IMG/VR virus record: IMGVR_UViG_3300037067_018877
Location: 5,958 to 69,957 of that record
Length of the DNA: 64,000 nt
DNA from: a virus
Taxonomy: Duplodnaviria; Caudoviricetes
Strand: one strand, 5' to 3'
The position numbers were made by a program, and so were the translations under genes. This document shows, piece by piece, positions 25,113-35,600 of this stretch (the stretch's first letter is position 1; every line of letters begins with the position of its first letter). Under the pieces are notes generated by a model. It saw nothing but the letters and a program-made list of their open reading frames with translations. It ran no database searches and had not been told where the DNA came from.

Positions 25113-25329
25113 GACACACCTCTACTTTCCGTCGGCCCCTGCAAGCCGACAAAGAGAGTAACGGCTGACGTCGAACGTCGCAAGACTGTCGTGTTTCACT
25201 CCTCGTATTGGCCTTAGTCACCTCGGCGCTAGTTGTCAAAGAACCCCACCCTAAAGGCGACGCCAGCCGAACGCCGGCTGGCATCGCCCGGAGTTAAGGT
25301 GGTGACGCGACGGGTTTCGCGTCACACAC

Positions 25330-25398
25330 GGCGGACGGCGGGAGTCGAACCCGCCCCAGACTGCCCTTTCCGCAAAGTCCCGGCAGACCGAGTCCGCC
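25330..25398 (-). ncRNA. tRNA-like structured RNA (acceptor stem + T-arm, no canonical D/anticodon arms, no CCA)
   Basis: minus strand: GGCGGAC...GTCCGCC 7-bp stem; GCGGG-TTCGACT-CCCGC T-arm; internal CTGCC/GGCAG stem. Confidence 0.45.
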
Positions 25399-25633
25399 GA
25401 GAGACGTTTTTCTATTGATTCCTCATCTGCAATCTGCTATTCTACAATCCTGCACGGAAGCAGGCTGTTTCTCGTGGATCGGCTTGTCCCGATCCGTTCA
25501 TTCCAGGGATGCGATTCAGATACTGTTGCCTCTTGCATCGCCCTCGCGGTGGCAGCCGCGTCGCGACTCGCCTTCGGAGCCCCCTGGCTCCCTCGATGAG
25601 TGTCCATCCCAACATCGCCCATCGACGAACTGT

Positions 25634-25716
25634 TATCTACCGCATGCGTTAGAGGTTGTCAAGCGTTGTGCGGCATAATTTGTCGCCGCGTCATGTGAGG
25701 CAAATGACGCGTCATA
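25634..25716. promoter_or_regulatory. divergent control region: leftward sigma70 promoter and operator-like repeats
   Basis: minus strand TTGACA(25662-25657)-N17-TAGATA(25639-25634); TGTGCGGCATA, reverse TGACGCGGCGACA and TGACGCGTCATA at 25667-25716. Confidence 0.55.
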
Positions 25717-25778
25717 ATTTAAGTCCAGTGTGGCTTTAGAGTTGCACGAAGGGTGAGAAGGGGAATATTTTTATGGAC

Positions 25779-26174
25779 ATGGCAAAAAAGACGAAAAGCA
25801 AAAAAATCAGAACCACCGTGGTCGTGACGGCGGCCGCCGAGGCGATCCTCCAGAAGTACCGAAACAACTTTGGGCTCAAAGGCCCCCTGTCGGTCGGCCT
25901 GATGCTGTTCGACTCCCTGACGCCCCAGGAACAGGTGGACCGGACGCGCCAGGTCGAGGAAAACGACCAGGACCCGGAGGAGCTGCTGGGACTGGTGCGA
26001 CACACGTTGTCGAGAATCCCGGAAAAGGCGATCGATGCGCTCACGCCCAGCGAGGCGGCGGTTGTACGCCGCTATCGACAGATCGTACCTGCAGAAACAG
26101 CCGCACGCGCCGACGAAGCTCAAGCCGCTGCCGAATCTGCCTCAGCAACGCGCAAGCGTACAGCTCGTCGTTGA
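25779..26174 (+). CDS. candidate repressor, ribbon-helix-helix-like N-terminus
   Basis: IRTTVVV (strand) - AAAEAILQKY (helix) - GPLSVGLMLF (helix); divergent from the integrase/early operon. Confidence 0.5.
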   Translation: MAKKTKSKKIRTTVVVTAAAEAILQKYRNNFGLKGPLSVGLMLFDSLTPQEQVDRTRQVEENDQDPEELLGLVRHTLSRIPEKAIDALTPSEAAVVRRYRQIVPAETAARADEAQAAAESASATRKRTARR

Positions 26175-26253
26175 TCTGGCGGAGCGTTTGGTCGATTTCG
26201 AGGATGGTGGCATCTAACGGCACAGCGGAGTGGTCTGTTCTATCATTCTCCAT
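26041..26253 (-). CDS. small hypothetical protein overlapping the repressor 3' end convergently
   Basis: strong SD GAAGGAGG before ATG 26253. Confidence 0.4.
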   Translation of the reverse strand: MENDRTDHSAVPLDATILEIDQTLRQINDELYACALLRQIRQRLELRRRVRLFLQVRSVDSGVQPPPRWA

Positions 26254-26363
26254 AGGTACCCTCCTTCGATTCAGTAATGCCGCGCAAGCACCCCTACGGA
26301 TGAAGGCGTTTGTGGAGTCCCGCATGTAGATGAAGAAATGTGGCGGATTGCATTTTTTCTCAA

Positions 26364-26651
26364 CTACTCCCCGCGGGCTCGCAGAACATTGAACAACAAG
26401 AGGACGATCTGAGTCGCCGTGGCGCCCAGGACGATCCATCCGAGCTTGCCCCAGCCGGCGCGGGCCTGCATGATCGTGCGAACATCGTCCACCAGGCCTG
26501 GGTCGCCGTCCTTGCCCTTCAAAATATGCAGGATCTGGGTATTCGTCTCTTTCGCATCCTTTTCGATCTTGGCCATTTTGTCCTTGGCCTCCTTCTCGAT
26601 CCGCTCCATCCAGGGTTTGCAGACTACTTCGAACCGTTCGTCTTCGGTCAT
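26364..26651 (-). CDS. small membrane protein (coiled coil + C-terminal TM; XhlA/holin-like)
   Basis: WGKLGWIVLGATATQIVLLLFNVL TM; end of the late operon. Confidence 0.6.
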   Translation of the reverse strand: MTEDERFEVVCKPWMERIEKEAKDKMAKIEKDAKETNTQILHILKGKDGDPGLVDDVRTIMQARAGWGKLGWIVLGATATQIVLLLFNVLRARGE

Positions 26652-26675
26652 GCGCCTCGCTCCTCGCGTCGCTCG

Positions 26676-29600
26676 TTATTTCTTTTGAGTCGCCCGACGC
26701 CGGGCCCGGTTTAGATCCGCCGGACTCGGGCGATGGCCCTTCTGTTGTTTGTACTGCTCGATCAAGGTTTTGACGAGATCTTCCTGGCCCTTATGGGGTT
26801 TGTTGTTCCCGGCGTAGGTGTTCTCGGCGATCAGGCTAAGAATGTCCTTGGGCGAGGCGCCCTCCTGAGTGAGCTTGCGGGCCCGGCGGGTGATCGCGTC
26901 CATCTCCGCGAAAACCCTCTTCCGCTCGTCCTTGCTGGCGCCTTCGGCCTGGGTCTTCTTGCGGAGTTTGGCGAGCTGGCGCGTCATGACGTTGTACTCG
27001 TGCCGCTCGGCCAACTCGGCGCCCGTCGCCTTCTTGGATCCGGCCTTCTGATTCAGCAGGTCGAGCCGCTCGTAGAATTTGTCGAGCCCCTCATTCGGCC
27101 GCTCGCTCTGGCGGACAAAGAGCGTTCCGACCACGGGGATATCCGCCGCCTCGGCGGCCTGGGCCTTGCCCGTCGCGAGGTCCGCCGTCCGGGCCAGCCG
27201 CCGATACATGCCGCCGCTGTAGCCATCCACCAGATGTTCCAGGACCACGGGCGAGAGGTTCGTTTTGGCCCCGATGTACCGCATCAGCTTTGTCGTATAG
27301 GGCCGCACCCGGTCCCCCGGCAGCATGTTTTTCATCGCCTCCGTTTCGATCGGAATCCCGCGGAAATCCTTGTTCGTCAGAATCGCCTCGACGGCAGGAC
27401 CGGCAAACGCCGGCCAGTCGAACGGCTGGATCTGGCGGGCCGCGATCTCGACGATGTCCTTGACCTGGGCCGGATCCTCGCGCCACAGTTGGTCCAGGAC
27501 CGCCACCGGCAGGGCCTGAAAGACGTAGCCGAGTTCAAAGGGGATCGGAATCCGCACGATCTTCTGCGTGCCGGGCACGCGAAAGTGCAGATAGCTGGCC
27601 TTCTCGAAATCGGACAGCTTGCCATACCAGTCCTCGTCGTCTTCGTCCCGCTGCGCCAGCGCCCAGAGGGCGACGGCCGGCAGGGTCAAACCGACCAGGC
27701 TCGTGGTGAAGAACCGTTTTGGATTGCGGCGCGCCACCTCGAAGATGACGACAGGGCCCTGGATCGCTGCGTTGAAAAACGGGATGATCTCGTTGAGGAT
27801 CTTGGCGATCCGCCCGTGTCGCGTGAAGTTGACCGTCGATTGTTGGGCGGCGTTCAAAGCGTAGATCGAGGCCGAGAGCGTCCCGGCGCCGTAGCGTTTG
27901 GAGCCTTCTTGGTACGCCTTCTCGAACTCCTCGATCCGGAATCCCTGCTCGGAGATCCCGAACAGTTCCCGCAGGGCCTCGATCGGGTGCTTGGCGGTCT
28001 TGATGGCCCAGTTGCCCGTCAGCTCGTCGCGGAGCCTCTGGGTGGCGATGCGGTCGTTGAGGAGCTGGCTGGCCATCTTGCCGCCGAGAGCTTTGAACCG
28101 CCGGGCCGACTCCGAACCGGCGATGTCCTTGACGACGCCCTTGGCAGAGGAGATCGGCCCGAGCCGCGCGTGTTCGCCCGTCACCAGTCCCGTCAGACCG
28201 TCGCGAATGAAGTTCCGCACCAGGCCGAACGCCGGGTTCAGGGCGGTGGCCCCCATCCGCAGGGCCCGCGTGGGAATGGCAAACAGCCGCCAGAAGCCCG
28301 GCAGCGAATAGACGTCCAGACCCTGGATCGCCCGATACAGATCCGAATCGACTTCGAACCATTCCTTCTTGGCCCCGATCGTCAAGCCGACGATGTTGTC
28401 CTTGCCGCGGTAGTCGATGTCGTTGAGCCACAGGGTAATGGGATCGTCCCAGGGCCCTTCCCGGTCCATCAGATCCGGATCGACCCCGAGATGCTTGACG
28501 ACAACCCGTTGAATGTCCTTGCGGATCCGCTCGGCCTCAAACTCGACCTTCTGCATCGGGGCCGGGACCTTCCAGAGGACGCCGGCCATGCCGGGGACCT
28601 TGGTCCCGATGTCGTAGAGGCTCTTGGCGACGACGGCCTTGTGGGCGATCGTGAAGAACCGCTCGGCTTGCTGGATCATGCTGTCGAAGGGATCCTGGAT
28701 CTGCCGGCCCGACCCGTGCATCCGGCGAATCGCTTTGCCGCCCTGGACGGGCCCGCGGCCGGTGCCAACGCCGGGAGCCCGCAGCTCCCCCTCGTTGAAC
28801 GCCCGCATCAGGGGGATGTAGACCGGGGCCTTTTGCAGCGTGTCCCGCAGGGAAGAGTCCAGGGCCCCCGCCTCGACGAGGTAATCGAGCAGGTCGTTGT
28901 TCCACTGCGTCACGGCGTCGGCGGCCTTCTGCCACGCGGCGTTCTGGGCGCCGCGATCGTAGACGTGTTGGGCATCCGCCTGGCTGATGCCGGGATTCTT
29001 GCCCTGGCTCCAGCGATAGAGGGCCTCCTTCGCGTAGATCCACCGCGTGAAGGCGGCCATGTCCTTTCGATCGATCCCCGACAGGGCGTCCTTGAGACTG
29101 CCGCCCTTCTTGTTGCCGGCCAGATCGGTCGTGCCCGTCAGCACGAATTCCCGGGCCTTGGCCGGCGCCTTGCTGGCGAACGCCCGTGCCAGCTCGCCCG
29201 GATGCTCAGCCGGCTCCAGTTTGCGCCCGAGTTGCTCTTCGGCCGCTTTGCCGAGTTGCCACAGGGCGTCCAGTTCATCGACCCAGTTGCCCACGGCTTT
29301 GCGCCACCGTTTGCGCAGCCGCTCGCCCAACGGTCCCTTGTCCTCTTTGCGGCTGATCTGGGCCTCGATCCGGGCCTCCGCCCCCTGCTGCCGGTAGGCG
29401 TCCACCATCTGACGCACGGCGGCGATGTTCGCCGCCATCTTGGGGCGACCCGGCAGGAAAGTCTCCGTGAAGAACTTGTACAGGGCGGGGGCCTTGGTCT
29501 GGGCGTCGTCATCCGTCAGGTAGATCCGCAGAAACTCCGCCCAGCCCTCGCTCTTGTAGCCGCCGGGCGGCTGCTTCTGGCCGTACAGGGCCTTGCCCAG

Positions 29601-32600
29601 AGCCAGCAGTTCCTGGCGAATCGCCGACGACGGGGGTTTGGCGCTCCACCGCTTCTCGAGGTGCCAGTCGACATAGTGCCCCATCTCGTGGACGGCGGTG
29701 CCGATCGCCTGCTGGTCAACCATCCGGACGCCGACCGCCCTGGGATCGAACCAGCCTGCTCGAACCTTCGTGCGGTGCGTGGCTTTGCCCCGGACGGGCA
29801 ACTTGAACTTTTGCCGGATGAAGTCCACGATCTCCCGCGGGGCGACGGGCTTACCGGCGGGCCCCTGCGAAGTCGGAGTCGTCTTGATCCGGCCTATGTC
29901 GATCTCGTTGTACTGGCCGCTGCCTCGGGCCCCGGGGACGGCATGAGCCGGTCCGGGTGTTCCCGGCGAAACTTCGCCTCCAGCTTGTTCAGGACGTTCA
30001 CCACCTTCTCGACGTCCAGGCCCTGTCTCCTGCCCTGGGCCAGCCACACCTTTTCGACCTGGCTCGCCTGGCTCGGCAATTTCCTGGCGGCTTCCAATTT
30101 GCCTAAGAAGATCAGCTCGGACCGATTGAGAGTACTGCCTGTTGAATTTCCGATCGAGTTCTTCATATCCGACCTTCCTCAAAACTGCCGCGATCGCGCG
30201 GGTCGCCCTGGCCTGTTCCAGGATCGTCATGCCGTTGAATCGGGTCAAGAGGCCCGCGTACTTTTCCGTGTGCTCCCGCGTCGACTGGTGGGTGATCTCG
30301 TGCATCATCGTGGCGACCATCTGACCGGCCATCCGCTCGGGGTAGTCCTCGGCCGACAGGTCCGACGAACACCAGAGGCCCGGGACGTTCATCAGGATCT
30401 GGCTGTTTCTGGCGCCGACGTAGGACCCCAGGACGTGCAGGCCCGCCACGTTGCGGCTGAACATGAACCCGAAGAACCGCAACTTCCTGTCCGGCAGCTT
30501 GGCCCCGATCTTGTCCACGATCCGGCGGAACGCCCGGTGGACCTTGTGCGCCAGGTCCGTGTAGAGCGGGTCCGCCGCCCATTCGGCGAGGGTCTCGGGA
30601 TCGACGGCGTCCGCGACGTCCACCATCCGCAGACGGCTGCCTCGAATCCGCGGGGCCTTGCGAAAAACGCGGCGGTAGCGATCCTTCTCCTGGCCCAGGG
30701 TCTCGGAGGGCGGGGCCGCAATCTCGAACCTCTGCATGGCGGGGCCGCCTCCCGAAGCGACGACAATCTCGCCCCTGTCGTCCACATGCTGGCGTCGGAA
30801 GTCCTGAAGCTGCGCCTCGGCTGTTTGTTCCTGGGCGGTAAGGTCCTTTTGGCGGGCCTCGAACTTGGCGATCTGCTCACGGACCTCCTTGAGCTTGTCC
30901 TCAGAGATCTCGATGCTGTTCTCCAGAACCTTCTTCTGTTTTTCGAAGGTCGCTTGGCGTTCCGCCTCGTCCTTGATGGTCTCCTTGGGCTTCAGCTCTC
31001 CCAGACGCTTCTGCTGGCCCTTCAAGATCTCTTGGCGTTCGGCCAGCAGGACCCGGGCGCGGTTGAGCCGATCGCGGATCGTCCGCTGCATCTGGAACAG
31101 CTCGTTGCGTTCCTCCTGGAGCCGCTGGTACTGGAAGGAGAGGATTAGGTACTGCTTGCGGACCGGGTCCCTCTCCAGCTCGATCAGGATCTGCTCCTGG
31201 CGGGGGATAGCGCCTTCGGCCATCTCCTCCTCGGTGCTGATCTCTTCGGCGACCTCCTTCTCCCAGAGGGCCTGGTTCCAGCCCTTCTTGTGCGAGACGA
31301 TCCCGAAGGAAAGGGCGTCGAACGTCCCTTTCATCAGCATGTAATGGACGTTGACCTGGTCGTTCTCGTTGCCGTAGCGGATGGCCCGGCCGTTTCGCTG
31401 GCGGAACGCCCCGGGCGTGTAGGGGATGTCGACGTGGTAGATGTCCGTGGTCTTGATCTGTAAATCCATCCCCTCGCCCATGCTGCTCGTGGTTCCGATG
31501 ACGACCTTGATTCGGCCCTCGTTGTAGGCGTCGGCGATCTCCTGCTTCTTGGCGTCACGGTCGCCGGAGGCCGATTCCCGGCCGGTCCTGGGATTGGTCA
31601 CGACGTTGCCGTTGATGATGGCGATTTCCGTCGCCTTGAATCCCTGCTTGATCAGGTCGTTTTTGATCTCGGAGTGCAGATCTTCGGTCAAATGGCCGCG
31701 CTCGACCTGCTGGTGCCCGGCGGCGTCGAGGAAGAGAAGCTGGCCGGCGTTGGGATTCTCCTGGTGGACCTTGACGATGTTGTCGAGACTGAACTGGATC
31801 TTGTCGTCCTCGGCGTCGTAGCTGCGGACGTCCGTCATGGCCGCCGGCGCCGCGTGCTCGCCGCCGTAGAGCCGGGGATCGACGCTGGCGGCGCGGCCCG
31901 CGGTATAGAGGCCCACGAGTGTGTCGTCGCCCGTGGTGGGGTGACGGGGGAGGTTCTTTCGCCTCTGGTCGAGGTCGTCGGCAATGGCCTGATAGGCGTC
32001 CGGCCGCTCGAAGACGTGCTCGATGACGTTCTCTCGCGGGATGGTGATCCACGGCATCTGCTCCATCGGGATCTTGTCCACGTACCGATTGAGGATGCCG
32101 CGAAGCTCCTGGGCGTTGACAATCGCCTTGAGGATCTGGCGGTCCCTGTTCCTGGCCTGGTCCTTCACCGAGCCCAGTTTGAAGAAGGTGTCCGAGAAGT
32201 CCTGGTCCGACAGGATGCCGTACTCGTGGAAGATGTCCCGGGAGAGATGCCGGATCATCGTGTAGATCTCCATCGGCTTGTTCGGCGTCGGCGTAGCCGT
32301 CAGGAGGAAGATGTTCCGGTTGTTGTTGTGCTCCAGGACATAGTTGCTCTTGAATCTGAAGTCGTAGGCCCGGGCCGACATCAGGGAGACTGTCTCCTCC
32401 GTGATCGGTTCACCCTGCGAATCGACTCTGCCGGTCTCCCTCCTGCCGGTATTGACGCCGAACCCCTTGCCCAGCCCGAATTTGACCAGCTTGTTGCGGA
32501 TGCCGATGTTCTTGTAGGCGTGGGCCTCGTCGGCGACGATCATATCGATGCCGAGCTTGTCGAAGGTCAGACGAGTGTCCCGCTTCTCTTCCTCCAGGAT

Positions 32601-35600
32601 GGCCTTGAGGCGGTCTACACGCTCCCGGAGAGTCGCCCGGGCGCGGCCCTTGACGCCCGGATCGTCGACGTGTTCATTCAGCACGTCGTCGATATACCGG
32701 CTCTCGACGTCCGCCGGCAGCTTGATGTTCGTGAATCCTTCCGTGGAGACCAGGACGTAGTCGGCGTTCGTGTTGGACAGGTCATGCAGGGCCTTGGTCC
32801 GTTTGTCGGCCGACAGGGCTCCCAGATCGATGATCTTGGCGTCCGGGAACAGCGTCAGGATGTCCCTTTTCCACTTCTTGATCGTCTTGGCCGGGACCAC
32901 GAACATCGGCTTTTTGGCGGCGCCGCGTTTCTTCAGGACCCGGGCCAGGGCGATCGAGGCGAACGTCTTGCCGCCGCCGACGTCGTGGGCGTTGATGCCC
33001 TTGCCCTCGTAGACCGCCTGCACCAGCCACTCGATCTGGTTCTTGCGCAGCCGGATGGGCGAATTCTTCTCGATCTCGTCCAGCACATCCTGCACAAGGT
33101 ACTGGGCCTTCTCGTAGTCGGGCTTGACGTAGTTGCGGAACCGGCGGTTGTAGGACTCCTCGACCCGTTTCAGCAAGTCCGGGTTGCGGGTGATCTTCTG
33201 CCGCAACTCGTCGAGCTTGTCCTCGACGTGCTCCTCCGCCAGACGGACGCGCTCCATGAACTCGCCCAGGCTCTCGAGGGGCACGCCGTGCTCGTCCGTC
33301 CTGCGGGTGATCAGCTTCTGGCTGTTCAGATAGTTGTCGAGGATCTTGTCTCCGGTGTCCCACTCCCGCATGCCTTCCTTGGTGGTCGTCCGCTGCCAGG
33401 TGGTCAGTCGTTGCGTGAAGGGCAGAATCCAGGCCTCGGTCCCCTTGAACCGGATCTCGTCGAGGGCTTTCGGCGTCGGCTTGACCGCATCGAGCCGCTC
33501 GATCTGGGACTGAATCGCCGGTTGATACTCGGCCGGGGCCTCGATCGCACGGGCGCCGTCGATCTTCTGGTAGATGTTGCCCGCATAGTACAGGATGTCG
33601 TTTTGCAGCGTCGAGCCCGCGGGCCCGCGCTCCACCAGCGCATAGCCCTGTCCCAGCAGTTCGAGAACATCGCTCTCCTGCAATCCCCTGGCCTGAGCGA
33701 TCCGGATGACGCCCTTGGAGTCCTCATTGGCGAACGCCTGCTCCTTGAGGGTGCCCCGGGCCTCGATCTTGCCGGATCCCTCGTAGCGGGTGCGGGTCGT
33801 GAAGACGTCCGCCGGCGTCCAGTTCGCATCGAAGAGCGCGGCCAGCTCGTAGAGGTAGCTCTCCTCGTCGTGCTCCTTGAAGAATCGCTTGAGCTTGTTG
33901 TCGGCGTTGGGGTGCTTGCGGTACGCCTGGCGGTACTGAAGAATCAAGTCGATCCCCTCGGCCCCAGCGTCCTCGTCGCCCTTCTGGAACGCCTCGGCCT
34001 TGGCCAGAATCTCGTCGAGCAGGACGACTTTCTGGACCTCGTCCCCGGTTTGCTCCGTGAAGACCATGACCTTGCCGTCGATGTCACGGAACCGGACCTC
34101 CTCGCTCGCCACGTAGACGCGGCCGGCCTCAATCTGGATGTGCTCCTGGTAGAGCGGATCGGACTGTTCGCGGAATCGGATGTAGTTCTCGGCCGCCCAG
34201 GCGTAAAACTCCTTGGAGTTGTCCGGGGCCTTCTGGGTCTCGGTCGCGTCAGCGGTCGCCCTCTTCGTCTCGTAGGGCTTGTACGTGAACCCGATCTCGT
34301 CGAGGCGGGCCTCGCCCGTGACGACGTACGCCGGGCGTCCGCCGTGGAGTTTGTCCTTGCCGACCGTCTGGGCTCCGAGAATGTGGTGCGGGTAGGACTG
34401 GTAGTACTCGTTCTGATAGATGCCGTCGGCGGTCTTGCTGGACGCGGCCCAGGCCTCGTTGATCGCCTGCTGATCGGGAGTAGGTACAGCCCCCTCGGGA
34501 CGCTTCATCAGGAAGATGACGTCGGTGGTGACTTCCGTATGGGCGTTCTCCCAGAAGTGGCCCTGCGGCAGGCGGTAGGCGCCCAGGACGTCGGCCTTGG
34601 CGATGACCTCTCTGCGGATGGATTCGTCCGTCTTGTCCATCGTGCCGGTCGACGTAATGAAGGCGATGACGCCGTTGTCCTTGACCAGGGTCAAGGCGTG
34701 GGCGAAATAGAAGTCGTGCAGGGCCTTGATCTCGGGACGGTTCTTGAGCCGGCCGCGGCCCCGCTCCTCGGAGAACGGCACGTTGGAGATGATCAGGTCG
34801 TAGCCCTCCTCCTTGAACAGTTCGAACGAAATATTGTAGTGCTTGGCCTTGGGGTAGAGCTTGGAGACGACGGCGTCGTTGGTCGCGTCGATGTCGACCG
34901 TGGTCCAACTGGCGTTGGGCTGCATCCCCACGAAATTGCCGGATCCGACGGACGGCTCCAGGGCCTTGCGGAATCGAAATCCCGACTGGCGGATGGCCCG
35001 GTACATGGCCTTGATCGTCGCGTAGTTGGTGTAGTGCTGGTTGAGGGCCTCGAAGGTCCCGCTGGTCAGGCCGCCCTCGCCCGTGTACTGGCGGAGGATG
35101 TCCCTGTCATCTTCGGTGATCCGGTCTTTGGCGAGAATGGCCTTGACCCGGTCGTTGATCGCTCGCCGCTGACTCTTGGTCAGCTCGATGGAGGCGACGC
35201 CTCGTAGGTCGTAATTTTCGTCCAGGGATGCTCGGCCGCCGGGGGCATCAACATCATCGACAGATGCCGTTGGTACCACCGGGTTGCTTCCAGATCCGGG
35301 TAGACCTTCGCCAGCAGCTCCAGCGGGCGGCTGTCCGCCCACTTCCACTGCTGCAGGGGATACGCCAGGCTCTCGCACACCAGGCCCAGTTGGCTGTTCA
35401 GCACTAGGTACATTTTGCTCAGAGGTCCCAGGACCGCCTTCCACTCGGGGCTGTTCGGCCGCACCTGGGCCAGCAGGGCCTCGCCCTTGGGCACCTGGTC
35501 CAGCAGATACGCCCGGAACTGCTGGTCCACCTTCTCCTGGAGCTTGGCCTTGAGCTGTTCGAGGTCCTGGTTCATTTGTCGTCTCCTGTTGCCCTGATTC

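Noticed and set aside
25330-25398. Bona fide tRNA gene
   Set aside because: No D-arm, no 7-nt anticodon loop and no CCA; kept only as tRNA-like
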